Of a stretch of DNA of 64,000 nucleotides, positions 1 to 9,889 are shown in pieces; within the stretch, counting starts at the first letter, position 1; every line of letters begins with the position of its first letter. This stretch comes from an uncultured Pseudomonadota bacterium (GTDB taxonomy: Bacteria; Pseudomonadota; Alphaproteobacteria; RF32; CAG-239), in assembly GCA_949292335.1 (NCBI GenBank), contig CASEYY010000031.1, forward strand, positions 1,075-65,074. Reading direction: 5' to 3'. The notes beneath the pieces were generated by a model. The model made no database searches and had not been told where the DNA came from. It saw nothing but the letters and a program-made list of their open reading frames with translations. Position numbers and translations under genes: made by a program.

Positions 1-951
1 GCCTTAGAAAATAGTAATATAAATATAAAGACTATGGGAGATCAAGGAAGAGGTTTTACTCTTTATAATTCAACAAATTGTATCATAGGCGGTAATTTAC
101 AAATTTACTCAAGTAATGGGTATGGGTTTTATAATTATCCTGGTAGTACCAGCAATAATACAATTACAATTCAATCGACGGCTAAAGTGTATATGGATAC
201 GGCACTGACACCTATTTATAACGGATACAAAGGAACTCCGGGGGCTAATGTTTTGGATATTGCTGCAGGAGCAAGTTTGGCTTTTGCTAAAGATGGTAAT
301 GTGAAGTGGTATAAACTCAAGACAGATTACCATGATGAAAATACATCAACGAATAAAAACAATGAAATAACTTTTGACAATGTGGACACCTTATTAAATG
401 TTGAGAACACGGCGGCGTGGAGTTTGCCGGAGGATATTATTGCAGGGGTGGTAGAGGTTATGGATTTGAGCGGATATTCCGCAAGCTATCAAAAAATATT
501 AGATGAATATGATAATTTGATAATGGATTCCTCTTATCAAGGCGTCAATCTGCTCAACGGAGCATTAAAAGAAATCACCCTAAACGAAAACCGTTCGAAT
601 AAATATAAAATCGAGGGCAAAGATATGTCTTCAAAAAACATCGGTTTAAGCCGAGATAAATGGGAAACCTTGGATGATGTAACTAAGGCGATGAATGAGC
701 TGACGAATGCCATAAATTCAATAAGAAGTTTCCAAGAAGAGTTGGGCAATCATTATTCGATAATAAAAACCCGTATTAATTTTACCGAAGCTATGACCGA
801 TGTATTGGAAACCGGTGCTGATAATTTAACCTTGGCCGATATGAACGAAGCTTCGGCCGAATACTTGACTTTGCAAACCCGTCAACAGTTGGCGATTAAT
901 TCCCTATCTCTTGCTTCACAATCCGCCCGCAGTGTCTTGAGCTTATTCTAA
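1..951 (+). CDS. flagellin-family protein, 5'-partial (flagellin C-terminal helices; FliC/FlgL-like)
   Basis: The reading frame is open from base 1 with no stop before the ATG at 34, so the gene begins upstream of the window. The C-terminus ...RSFQEELGNHYSIIKTRINF...LADMNEASAEYLTLQTRQQLAINSLSLASQSARSVLSLF follows the conserved flagellin C-terminal pattern (LGA.QNR ... QIL.QAG.S.LAQAN..PQ.VLSLL). The preceding ~200 aa are Gly/Asn/Ser/Thr-rich and not flagellin-like. Confidence 0.5.
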   Translation, partial: ALENSNINIKTMGDQGRGFTLYNSTNCIIGGNLQIYSSNGYGFYNYPGSTSNNTITIQSTAKVYMDTALTPIYNGYKGTPGANVLDIAAGASLAFAKDGNVKWYKLKTDYHDENTSTNKNNEITFDNVDTLLNVENTAAWSLPEDIIAGVVEVMDLSGYSASYQKILDEYDNLIMDSSYQGVNLLNGALKEITLNENRSNKYKIEGKDMSSKNIGLSRDKWETLDDVTKAMNELTNAINSIRSFQEELGNHYSIIKTRINFTEAMTDVLETGADNLTLADMNEASAEYLTLQTRQQLAINSLSLASQSARSVLSLF

Positions 952-988
952 AACGGTGGAGAATGAGGCAAATAATAAGAAAACTTTT

Positions 989-1032
989 TTAAGGCGACGG
1001 GAGTGTACTGGCGGTACATGACCTAGCCTTAA
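989..1032. repeat. structured hairpin element, instance A (ttaaggc-gacggg-AGTGTAC-tggc-GGTACATGA-ccta-gccttaa)
   Basis: Conserved core with a compensatory outer stem. Immediately 5' of the tgtattagttgcccatta motif and the REP cluster. Confidence 0.6.
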
Positions 1033-1075
1033 AGGAGGTTTCTGTATTAGTTGCCCATTATACGCCGTTTTTGTC

Positions 1076-1260
1076 ATTCTCGGGCTTGACCCGAGAATCT
1101 AATAAAGCAATGTGCCAATACTTATGAGATCCTCGGAATAAATCCGAGGATGACGAGGCTGTGTGGTGGTCGAGGGTGACAGTTGTTTGTGGTAGCTGGG
1201 GATGACAATGGGCTATGTTGTCCAAGGGTGACAAGTGGTGTGGAGCTCAAAGGTTAACTG
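1076..1260. repeat. cluster of REP-like palindromic repeat units (tctcggg-N5-cccgaga, atcctcgga-N5-tccgaggat, then GGGTGACA-type short repeats)
   Basis: Read directly: gtcattctcgggcttgacccgagaatc and gatcctcggaataaatccgaggatgac hairpins, followed by gagggtgacag / ggggatgacaatggg / agggtgacaag. Same family as the 9890-10560 cluster. Confidence 0.7.
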
Positions 1261-1355
1261 TAAAATCAGCTTACTTTCGCAAAAAAACTCTTGTCAAAAC
1301 TTGCTATTATAATACAATTATCATAATTTTCACAACTATCAGGAGTTTTTAAATC

Positions 1356-2102
1356 ATGACCGCTCTAATCTTTCCTCTGGGACTAATAATTGTTATGTTT
1401 GTTGTTGCCGGATTTCGTATTCTGTTTCAATATGAAGAAGGCGTTGTTTTCACCCTTGGTCGCTACACCAGCACACGCGACCCCGGTTTAACCTGGATTA
1501 TTCCGCTCATCCAAGAAATGCGTAAAATAGATATGCGGATAATGACGGTTGATGTTCCCAAACAAGAAGTTATGACCAAAGACAACATTCCGGTCAACAT
1601 CAATGCCGTTGTTTACTTTCGGGTTAAAAATCCCGAAGCCGCGGTTATTCAAATTTCAAATTATGTCTTTGCGGTGATTCAGCAAAGCCAATCTGCCCTC
1701 AAAGATGTTATCGGCACCAATGATTTGGATGTAACTTTATCCGAACGCAAACGCATTGGCGAAGAAATCAAAAACATTGTCGACGCCGCCACCGATAAAT
1801 GGGGAATTGACATTGAGGCCATCAATGTCCAAGAGATTGAATTACCCGAAGACATGAAACGTGCGATGGCCAAGCAAGCCGAAGCCGAACGCAACCGCCG
1901 AGCCATGATAATTTCGGCTCAAGGCGAAGTCGAGTCCGCCCAAAAGATGTTGGAAGCGGCCAAAACTTTAGAGAAAAGCCCGATTACCATGCAGCTTAAA
2001 ACCCTACAAACCATCAAAGACATTTCGGCCTCACAATCGCAAACCATTGCTTTATTTCCGACCGAATTGAGCACTCTTTTAGGTAATATTCAAAAGAAAT
2101 AA
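1356..2102 (+). CDS. SPFH/band-7 (stomatin/HflC-like) membrane protein
   Basis: N-terminal TM helix followed by a typical SPFH core (...IPVNINAVVYFRV.DP....I.NY...I.Q.....L....G...LD..L..R..I...I). A strong hairpin plus T-run follows at 2109-2147. Confidence 0.8.
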   Translation: MTALIFPLGLIIVMFVVAGFRILFQYEEGVVFTLGRYTSTRDPGLTWIIPLIQEMRKIDMRIMTVDVPKQEVMTKDNIPVNINAVVYFRVKNPEAAVIQISNYVFAVIQQSQSALKDVIGTNDLDVTLSERKRIGEEIKNIVDAATDKWGIDIEAINVQEIELPEDMKRAMAKQAEAERNRRAMIISAQGEVESAQKMLEAAKTLEKSPITMQLKTLQTIKDISASQSQTIALFPTELSTLLGNIQKK

Positions 2103-2108
2103 TTTCTC

Positions 2109-2147
2109 ATATCCCCGAATTATCTTTTGGTTCGAGGATATTTTTTC
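2109..2147 (+). terminator. rho-independent terminator after the band-7 gene
   Basis: atatccccgaa / ttcgaggatat stem (11 bp, 1 mismatch), then TTTTTT. Confidence 0.55.
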
Positions 2148-2235
2148 TAAACAAGCAAATCCGATTGACAAAAATGCAACCATAGTATATGTTATGCGGC
2201 ATCACATAAATATTATTAACTAAATACAATTAATT

Positions 2236-3117
2236 ATGAACAGAAAAAACATGATAGCAAGTGTCGAGAACGACAAAGTATTACAGCATTTTTTACTCAA
2301 TGGAACACCCATTCAAATTCTAAAAATGTACACCGACGGTTACCCGCTTGATGCCCAAGGGCTCGAAGCTCTGTACTGCCGTGGATTTTCCAAAGGAGAA
2401 ATCTTGCCTATGATCAAACAGGCAAGTAATATTTCGTCCCCGCAAAATCTCTACGACTGGCTGTGCGGTTTTATAGGTAAAGACGAAGCTGATAATTTTG
2501 TCGCCGACATTATTGGTTTTGATACCGAGATTCTAAAACAGATACCGACCAAAATTCTGGCGGAGCATTCGCGTTGGGACATTTTGGTAGAGATGAGAGC
2601 CGACGATATTTTATATCATTATAAAAAATATGATATGATGTCTACGGAAGGGCTTGCCAAACACCAACTTTATGATCTCTTTTTCAAAAAAGGCGGTATC
2701 TTAGTCACGGGTAATAATACAGGTGCCCTCAAGTATTTGGAAGAAAACAAGCTTTGGCGGATTATATGTGCTAATGCAAGCTATTGGTCAATCCACAAAA
2801 AAGCCCAGCCTTTTCTTGATATCTTAATCAGGAACAAGTGCTTTGATGATATTTTAAGTCTGACCGACGGAGCGAAGCTTCTGGCTGAATCTGCCGAAGG
2901 GATTGCTTTTCTCAAACGCAAAAACGAGCAACACCTCTTAGCAAAGGCCAAACTCTACGAAGAAATAGACTGGAATGTCTATTTTGTGCAAGACTATGAA
3001 CGTGCCGTTGCCAGTGCCGTCAAAGCAAAAAAGTGGCAAGTATTAGTCGAACACGAATGTTCAAAAGAACTCTGGTCCAACAAGAAATATCTGTACTGGC
3101 TCAAGAGTCTGCTGTAG
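2236..3117 (+). CDS. hypothetical protein (no recognisable domain)
   Basis: ORF of 293 aa with reasonable spacing to a terminator at 3122-3161. No motif I can assign. Confidence 0.5.
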   Translation: MNRKNMIASVENDKVLQHFLLNGTPIQILKMYTDGYPLDAQGLEALYCRGFSKGEILPMIKQASNISSPQNLYDWLCGFIGKDEADNFVADIIGFDTEILKQIPTKILAEHSRWDILVEMRADDILYHYKKYDMMSTEGLAKHQLYDLFFKKGGILVTGNNTGALKYLEENKLWRIICANASYWSIHKKAQPFLDILIRNKCFDDILSLTDGAKLLAESAEGIAFLKRKNEQHLLAKAKLYEEIDWNVYFVQDYERAVASAVKAKKWQVLVEHECSKELWSNKKYLYWLKSLL

Positions 3118-3121
3118 GAAT

Positions 3122-3161
3122 AAACAAAAGCTCCTGTTTTTCATGACGGGAGCTTTTGTTG
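3122..3161. terminator. bidirectional terminator hairpin between convergent genes
   Basis: aaaagctcc ... ggagctttt, a 9-bp stem with an A-run before and a T-run after. Confidence 0.55.
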
Positions 3162-3163
3162 TA

Positions 3164-5380
3164 TTAAAAGGCATATTGTATTCCCAGTGTTATCTCGTAA
3201 GGTACCTCAATTTTGCTGTTCATCTCGGTTAAAGCCTCCAAGTAAGCAAAATTTCCGTCACCCCAGTAGAAATTCACTCCGCCGCCCAACTCATAACGCA
3301 AGGAAGACATATCCTCATCAAAAGTATAATCGGCGACTTTGACTACCGACTTATTATCGCTGTCATGCACCAGACCAAATCTGGCAAAACCTTCGACTTT
3401 TTTATCTTCGGCCAGATTAAAACTTTTTCCGACGATTGCGTCAATTCTCTGCCTCAAATAATTTGCACCTTCGGCCTCAACTCTGGTATTAAAATTGGTT
3501 CGATAATCAATACCGTTGATGTGCATATATTCCACACCGAGAGATGTTTCAACAAACCAGTCTTTTTTAAGTTCAAACCTCTTGCCCAAGTTTGAAGCCA
3601 GCAAGACGCTATGAGCCCGATATCTGCTTTCTACATCTCTGCCGGCAGGAGTATAACTTTTAATTTTTTGCTTATGCCAAAAATAAGTTCCGACCAAATC
3701 AACAAACCACTTGCTTGGGGTTTTGAATATACCATACAAACCCAAAGATTTAGTATCACCGTCGCCCCTGCCTTCCAAGTGATAAATTTGCTTAGAATTA
3801 GTATATCCGGCAAAGGCTCCCAAAGTGAGCGTACTATCCCAATCCCAGTTTACATCTTGGTCATAACCGGCCTCGGTTCCGTAGACATCGATTCTGCTTT
3901 TGCCGCCGGCATTATAATCCAGTTCAATTCGTCTGCCCAAACCTTTCACCCAAAGGCGATTTTTGGGCTCGCTGTTTTTTCGCAAACCGCGAACATGGCT
4001 GTATACCGGATTTAGATGGGTATAAAACAGAGAAGACAGTGCCGTATAAGTATTTTTGGCAATTACCGAGCTTTCGGTCACATCCTGAGTTTTAACCAAG
4101 AACCAATTACCGCCTTCCGGAGCAAGGGTATATTCATAGGCCCCGACATCCACCGCGTCGCCTACCAAATAAAAGCTGTCTGACGCGGTATTTTGGGCAA
4201 TAATCTGATATTTTTCGGGGGTATTACCCTCAAAACTATAATCATGCACCACAAGCCCGAAATTACCCGCCCCTCCGACTATGCTGATTTGATCGGATGT
4301 ATCGTCGGATAAACTGGTACTTATATCAAAGACCGCACTTCCGTTGAGATTGGTAAAACTGACATTGGTAAAATTTTCATCATTATAGGTAACATTGATG
4401 GTAGCATTACTTACCGTCAAATCATTAATTGTATTACCGCCGACGATATTTAGCAAGCTATCGCTAAAAGAGTTTGTTCCGCTGAGTGTTCCGCCCGCAT
4501 AAAGCGAAACGATACTACCGCTTTCGGCCGTAACCCCTGATGATTCCCCGCCCGAATAAATGGTCTGAAAACCTTTATTTTTTAGAGTTGTATTCTGAGC
4601 CGTACCACCGGAATAAATTCTCTGATAAGCATTATCGATTGTTGTATTATCGGCCGAGCCGTAAACCGACATTGATGCCGAATTAAGCAAAGCTGTATCT
4701 GTTGCCGTGGCCGAAGAATTGATTTCCACCCATCCGCCGTTTGAAGTAATATTGGTTACATTTCCGCTGCCATAAACATAAATGCTTGATGATGAATTAA
4801 CCAAAGCACCATTTGCCGTTCCGTAAACCCTTATCCTACCGCCGTTTGATACTACAGCATCACTTGAGGTTGCACCGGCATCTATTTGCTGTGTAGCACC
4901 GTTAATTTGCGCACCGATAGATGTACCGCCGCTTAATATTTCTTGCGTACCTCCGTTAATAACGGCATTTTCATCTGTACCTGAAACATTCATCTTACCG
5001 CTGTTTAATACTGTATTTTTTGCCGTTGCGCCATTCGCCACAGTCATGGTTCCGCCGTTAATGGTGGTTCCTTCGGCATTTCCGCCTGCAGCCACACTCA
5101 TGGTTCCCCTCGAAGCCACTGTCGAATTATAAGCATTACCGCCGGATTGAACATTTTGCTGTCCATAAGAATATATATAGGTATTATATGCAGCCCCGCC
5201 GTCCATAATCGTTTGGGTAGAATAAATAGTATAATTCTGAGTAGTACCGTGCACATTCTGCACAAACGGTGCATCAACATAACCATTACTAACGGTATCT
5301 CCTACTGCAACAACTTGAGTTATAGCCTTTGCATTAAAAGGAATTGTTGTCATCATCAAAGTATAAACAATTTTTTTCAT
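3164..5380 (-). CDS. classical (type Va) autotransporter: signal peptide, Gly/Asn/Thr-rich beta-helical passenger, C-terminal beta-barrel translocator
   Basis: N-terminal MKKIVYTLMMTTIPFNAKA signal peptide. Long passenger with reiterated ..GG.A.NT.. / ..VSNGG..-type beta-helix repeats. C-terminal ~270 aa with alternating hydrophobic beta-strands ending ...TLGIQYAF (terminal aromatic residue typical of OM barrels). Confidence 0.8.
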   Translation of the reverse strand: MKKIVYTLMMTTIPFNAKAITQVVAVGDTVSNGYVDAPFVQNVHGTTQNYTIYSTQTIMDGGAAYNTYIYSYGQQNVQSGGNAYNSTVASRGTMSVAAGGNAEGTTINGGTMTVANGATAKNTVLNSGKMNVSGTDENAVINGGTQEILSGGTSIGAQINGATQQIDAGATSSDAVVSNGGRIRVYGTANGALVNSSSSIYVYGSGNVTNITSNGGWVEINSSATATDTALLNSASMSVYGSADNTTIDNAYQRIYSGGTAQNTTLKNKGFQTIYSGGESSGVTAESGSIVSLYAGGTLSGTNSFSDSLLNIVGGNTINDLTVSNATINVTYNDENFTNVSFTNLNGSAVFDISTSLSDDTSDQISIVGGAGNFGLVVHDYSFEGNTPEKYQIIAQNTASDSFYLVGDAVDVGAYEYTLAPEGGNWFLVKTQDVTESSVIAKNTYTALSSLFYTHLNPVYSHVRGLRKNSEPKNRLWVKGLGRRIELDYNAGGKSRIDVYGTEAGYDQDVNWDWDSTLTLGAFAGYTNSKQIYHLEGRGDGDTKSLGLYGIFKTPSKWFVDLVGTYFWHKQKIKSYTPAGRDVESRYRAHSVLLASNLGKRFELKKDWFVETSLGVEYMHINGIDYRTNFNTRVEAEGANYLRQRIDAIVGKSFNLAEDKKVEGFARFGLVHDSDNKSVVKVADYTFDEDMSSLRYELGGGVNFYWGDGNFAYLEALTEMNSKIEVPYEITLGIQYAF

Positions 5381-5474
5381 TTCCGGTCCTCAAAAGCAGT
5401 TTACTTTTATCTCAGTATATAAGAGCAATATTTAAAAATAGAATAATAAGTATATAAAAAAATACAATATTGCA

Positions 5475-5503
5475 TTGATAAATAGCGGCAAATTTCCTAT
5501 AAT
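5475..5503 (+). promoter_or_regulatory. sigma70-like promoter (TTGATA-17-TATAAT) upstream of glgX
   Basis: ttgata / aatagcggcaaatttcc / tataat, read directly. An AGGAG RBS follows at 5524. Confidence 0.4.
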
Positions 5504-5534
5504 TGAATAAACTTATTTTATTTAGGAGATTTTT

Positions 5535-7631
5535 ATGTCATCGCCCACACTTCTCGGAGCCGAATACGACCACGACACAACCACTTTTAGGGTCGCTTCC
5601 GCACATGCCAAAGCCATCGACTTATGCCTATTTTCTGCTGACGAAAGCCAAGAAAAACGCATATCATTATCCAAAGAAGGAGATTTCTGGCAAGTTGAAT
5701 TAAAAGGCATTAAGCCCGGACAAAAATACGGCTTTCGTGCTTACGGCGACTATAACCCCGAAGCCGGATTATTTTTCAATCCCCACAAGCTGGCGATGGA
5801 CCCATATGCCCTAAAAGTATCATCAAGCCTCAAAAACTGGTGCGCCGAAGCCTTAAGTGTTGAAAACGATATTGACAGTGCTCCGTTTATGCCCAAAGCG
5901 ATTGTTACCGACCGCCAAGCCATATTTTCCGGACTCAAAAACTTACAATCAAGACCTCAACACAGCATAGGCGAAAACATAATTTACGAAACTCACATCA
6001 AGAATTTTTCGCGTCTTAATTACAACATTCCTTTTGCCGACCGTGGTACCTTAAGAGCCCTCAGCAATGACTGGAGCATTGAATACCTCAAAAATTTAGG
6101 CATTAATAACATAGAACTCATGCCGATAAACCCGACCTGCCCCGGCAAGCAAATTCCCGAGATTGCAGGCCGCGGCGACAGTTGGGGTTATAACCCTTAT
6201 TGTTATTTTGCCGTTGACCCCAGATACGGCGACTTAAGAGACTTGGTGCAAGTTATTGATAAACTGCACCAAAACGGTATTAAAGTAACCATTGACGCGG
6301 TGTTTAACCATACCGGCGAACACGACGCCCGCGGTCCTTGGAATCAGGCATTATCATTTAAGCTGTTAGATAGTCCGAGCTATTATCGTCCGGCCGGCGA
6401 CCACAAAGCCGATTACATGAATTCCACCGGTTGCGGCAACAACTTCAATCTCGACAGCAAATTAGGGCAAAAAATATTGCACGATTACATTTGCTATATG
6501 CACTCTCTCGGTGTTGACGGCATTCGTTGGGACTTAGCCGGAGATAATGCTCTTGATAACTACGGACATTTTCAAGATAACGGTGCTTTTATCCAAGAGT
6601 TGGCATTTGCCGTTAACGAGCTCAAGATGGAAATGTATGTCGAGCCATGGAGTGCTTTGGGCGGTAACTACACCGGACGATTTAGTGCTCTGGTTCCCTC
6701 TGTTAAAGAGTGGAGCGACAAAAGACGCGAATTTACCGCCGACTTTTTCTCCTCACGCGAAAATGTTGCCGGAGAGTTTGGCAATCAAGTTTCCGGCTCG
6801 GCAATTATCGACCCTCAAAAAAGAGAAACTGCCATGGTCGGCACTGCCTTTACCCATGACGGTTTTAGTCTGGTCGGAGCCTTCAAATGCCCCAAAGACA
6901 CTCGCGATAACGGCGAAGACGGCCGCGACGGCAGTGCCGATAATTATGCCAAATCATACAATGATGACGAGCTTTATCGCCGTGCCGCAAGTGCCGCCGC
7001 TCTCAATATTTTAAGCAAAGGTATTCCTCTGCTCAGAAATGGCGATGAGCTTAGTTATGCCAGCCCCAACAACAACCCCTATTGTATAGATGACGAAACC
7101 GTATGGCTTAATTGGAACAACCTTGAGGCTAAGCAAAAAGAACTTTTCAAAACCATATGCCGTCTCAACGCTCTCCGCCGCGAGCACCCGATTTTTACCG
7201 ATTTAAGCCTCTACACCGGAGAGAAAAATCCGCACAACGGGGTTAAAGACATTACTTGGCTACGCCCGGATGCCAGTGAAATGACCTCTGCCGAATGGCA
7301 GCAACCTTTTCACAAAACCGGTGCCTATATGCTAAACGGAGCCGCCACACCCAATCGCAAAGCTGATGACGATTTTTTAATTTTAGCCTCCGGCGACAAC
7401 TATTACACCATTGACTACAAGCTGCCGCCCGCACCTGCCGGCAAAAATTGGCAGCTTATCTTAGACACCTCCAAAAATGATGATAAACCTGCAAAAGAAT
7501 ACACCGCCGGCGAAGTTTACTCTCTAAAGCCTTATTCTTTTGTAATATTCACTTGCAAACGCGACAAAAGCGAAAGCAAGCAGCTTAGCCGCCGCCAAGT
7601 TGCTCTTAATTCCGGCAACTCCGGCCGTTAA
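5535..7631 (+). CDS. glgX: glycogen debranching enzyme / isoamylase, GH13 family (GlgX-like)
   Basis: N-terminal CBM48-like region (TTFRVASAHAKAIDLCLF...KPGQKYGFRAYG.Y.PE.G..FNP.KL..DPYA). GH13 catalytic regions YE.H...F (region I-like), GIKVTIDAVFNHTGE, GIRWDLAG and YVEPW. Confidence 0.85.
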   Translation: MSSPTLLGAEYDHDTTTFRVASAHAKAIDLCLFSADESQEKRISLSKEGDFWQVELKGIKPGQKYGFRAYGDYNPEAGLFFNPHKLAMDPYALKVSSSLKNWCAEALSVENDIDSAPFMPKAIVTDRQAIFSGLKNLQSRPQHSIGENIIYETHIKNFSRLNYNIPFADRGTLRALSNDWSIEYLKNLGINNIELMPINPTCPGKQIPEIAGRGDSWGYNPYCYFAVDPRYGDLRDLVQVIDKLHQNGIKVTIDAVFNHTGEHDARGPWNQALSFKLLDSPSYYRPAGDHKADYMNSTGCGNNFNLDSKLGQKILHDYICYMHSLGVDGIRWDLAGDNALDNYGHFQDNGAFIQELAFAVNELKMEMYVEPWSALGGNYTGRFSALVPSVKEWSDKRREFTADFFSSRENVAGEFGNQVSGSAIIDPQKRETAMVGTAFTHDGFSLVGAFKCPKDTRDNGEDGRDGSADNYAKSYNDDELYRRAASAAALNILSKGIPLLRNGDELSYASPNNNPYCIDDETVWLNWNNLEAKQKELFKTICRLNALRREHPIFTDLSLYTGEKNPHNGVKDITWLRPDASEMTSAEWQQPFHKTGAYMLNGAATPNRKADDDFLILASGDNYYTIDYKLPPAPAGKNWQLILDTSKNDDKPAKEYTAGEVYSLKPYSFVIFTCKRDKSESKQLSRRQVALNSGNSGR

Positions 7632-7637
7632 ACACCA

Positions 7638-7667
7638 AAAAGGCCGCACCCTAAGGTGCAGCCTTTA
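7638..7667. terminator. bidirectional terminator hairpin (aaggccgcacc/ggtgcagcctt)
   Basis: Stem-loop immediately after the glgX stop. It overlaps the 3' end of the convergent ORF 7651-8022. Confidence 0.5.
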
Positions 7668-8022
7668 TATCAAATTTGGAATCATACCACTTATCGCGGT
7701 ATAGATTCCGGAGATCACTTCTGGTCAAGTAAATCTCCACTTTCTTTTTACTCTTGGTTATTGCCTCACGAGAGGTGAAGTAATAACCGCGAGAAGTTTC
7801 CCTCATTTCTGCCGCAAAAGGCACATAATTATGCGAGCGGCGTCTTAACGCGCATTCCTGTACGCTGATTACCAGACGGGAATCCTTAATTTCGATTCCG
7901 ATCAGGTAGTCATCATAAGAAATACGATCGACACGCAAAATGCACCAGGAGAGTCTCTCAACCGGTACATTGAAGTGCTTAGCATAGAAGTCTAAGCTGG
8001 AAAATTTTTCTTCCATAGGCAA
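7651..8022 (-). CDS. hypothetical protein (123 aa), divergent from the large 8185-9867 gene
   Basis: ORF only. No recognisable motif. Confidence 0.4.
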   Translation of the reverse strand: MPMEEKFSSLDFYAKHFNVPVERLSWCILRVDRISYDDYLIGIEIKDSRLVISVQECALRRRSHNYVPFAAEMRETSRGYYFTSREAITKSKKKVEIYLTRSDLRNLYRDKWYDSKFDIKAAP

Positions 8023-8184
8023 TATTTTTAGGGTTAATAATCATTTTATCGGCGACAAATTAGCATATTTTTGTCTATTTGTCAACACATATATTTTTTG
8101 TCAGATATTAATTATTTTTTGACAAATATGTCATAAAAAGGCACAATATAAATAAGGATAACCCACAGCAACGAGGCTTATACA

Positions 8185-9867
8185 ATGACCGAAGAAAACA
8201 CTCCAGAAAAAAAGAAAAGACCAAGAATAACTCGTTCCACTCAAACAGCAAAACCTGTTGTTACCATTCGTGCCCGTAGCTCCCAAAATCAGCTTAGCAG
8301 TTCTGCAGGACATGACCGTACCGAATTTTTGAAACACCTTCTACACCACACCGAGGCTGTCTGCGCCAGAAATTTTAACAAAGTCACAAAAATGCTCCTC
8401 GATCTCAAAATTCCTGCCGAAGAAAAAGCCAGAATAAGCGACATTCGTTTTTCTGATTACGAAACACTTGCAGACAGTGTCAACAAATATCGTCATGTAT
8501 TTGAACGCCAACTTGTAGTCGAAACCGCCAAAAAATATCTCAACGACATTACCGACAATGTATCTCGTATCATGGCCGACGAATACTTTCCCGACACCCC
8601 CCAAGACCCTGCCACTCGCTTGGAGCTTGCCGAAAAGATACTACAACTTGCTCTTGAATCGCCAAAAAAACTTAACAATGCTGCACCGGAAAAGTTGGTC
8701 AGCAAAATAATGCCGGAAATTGCCGCCAAGGACAGCCGCAGTGACTCTGCCGTTAGCGGATTTCTGCGTTGTATGGCCGCCGGCAAGTTTTACGCTCCTG
8801 TGTCAAACAATCGCAACAACCTTTATAAGCTTTCCGATACTTTCAAAGCCTTTTGGCAAAAGAACCCCAACCTAGAACAAACCAACAAGCCCAAATATCA
8901 GCCGGAAGAATATCTGTTTTTCGATTTAGGAGCAGACGGCAAACCGCTCAGTCCGCAATGGTATGCGGTCAGATGCAGCAAAAACTTTCGTAAAATAGCG
9001 CATAGTGTTGCCCAAAAGCTTGCCGCACACAATATTTCACCCGAGCAAGCCTACAAACTCAACAGTTATGACATAGCTTTCCTTCTGGGCAATAACGGTT
9101 CAGAACGTTGCCACGACACACCTTTTGCCAAACTCAGCCCCAATGTTAATGACAGCCCCTACCAAGAGTTTGCTCAAACTATGGGATACCTTCTCACCGT
9201 CGGACAATCGGACAATTCACGCCCATCAAAAGAAGATATCAACATTTGGAAAAAGTTTTTTGCTACCAAGGAAGAGGTTGCCGAATACGAGAATCACGGC
9301 GATGATATGCCGATTATAGAGTTTCGACACAATGCGCAAAAAATATATCAAACTCTCAAACAAGAATGTGCTTCTAACAACATTGACAATAATTTTATGT
9401 CCTCTTGGATTGAAGATTTAATAACCAAAAAAAATGTTTCAACCACTATTTACAACAACAATTTTGGCACCTTTCCTGCCAAGATAGACATTCACCACAA
9501 CGACCGCTTGTCCGAAGCATCAAACTGCCCCAATCTAGATGCGGCAATTCTTAATGACCCCAACAACTACAGCTTGATGATTCAGTATCTGGAAACCTCT
9601 TTGGATATTCACGGAGACAAACACAAAGGAGAGAGTGCTAACTTCTACATTAAGGATTACGAAAACAACTCCCGTACCTACAAAAACAGCAATCTTCCCA
9701 ATGCCGAAGGAAATTATCTTATAGCCACCTCGGAGATGACACACCTAAGACGAATAAAAATGCACTGTTGCGAAGATTACGATCCTTCTTTGGCCAATAC
9801 TCCAACCTATCCCAAAGAAAAAACCGCTCAGAAACAAGTATCCAAAGTGTCTCAGCACTCCAGATAA
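8185..9867 (+). CDS. hypothetical protein, 560 aa, basic N-terminus, no recognisable domain (candidate secreted/effector-like protein)
   Basis: N-terminus MTEENTPEKKKRPRITRSTQTAKPVVTIRARSS is Lys/Arg-rich. The remainder is low in hydrophobic segments and has no catalytic motif I recognise. The upstream region carries a GGATAAC SD-like stretch and TGTCA/TGACA repeats. Confidence 0.55.
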   Translation: MTEENTPEKKKRPRITRSTQTAKPVVTIRARSSQNQLSSSAGHDRTEFLKHLLHHTEAVCARNFNKVTKMLLDLKIPAEEKARISDIRFSDYETLADSVNKYRHVFERQLVVETAKKYLNDITDNVSRIMADEYFPDTPQDPATRLELAEKILQLALESPKKLNNAAPEKLVSKIMPEIAAKDSRSDSAVSGFLRCMAAGKFYAPVSNNRNNLYKLSDTFKAFWQKNPNLEQTNKPKYQPEEYLFFDLGADGKPLSPQWYAVRCSKNFRKIAHSVAQKLAAHNISPEQAYKLNSYDIAFLLGNNGSERCHDTPFAKLSPNVNDSPYQEFAQTMGYLLTVGQSDNSRPSKEDINIWKKFFATKEEVAEYENHGDDMPIIEFRHNAQKIYQTLKQECASNNIDNNFMSSWIEDLITKKNVSTTIYNNNFGTFPAKIDIHHNDRLSEASNCPNLDAAILNDPNNYSLMIQYLETSLDIHGDKHKGESANFYIKDYENNSRTYKNSNLPNAEGNYLIATSEMTHLRRIKMHCCEDYDPSLANTPTYPKEKTAQKQVSKVSQHSR

Positions 9868-9889
9868 ACATTTATATAATGGCTTTTTG

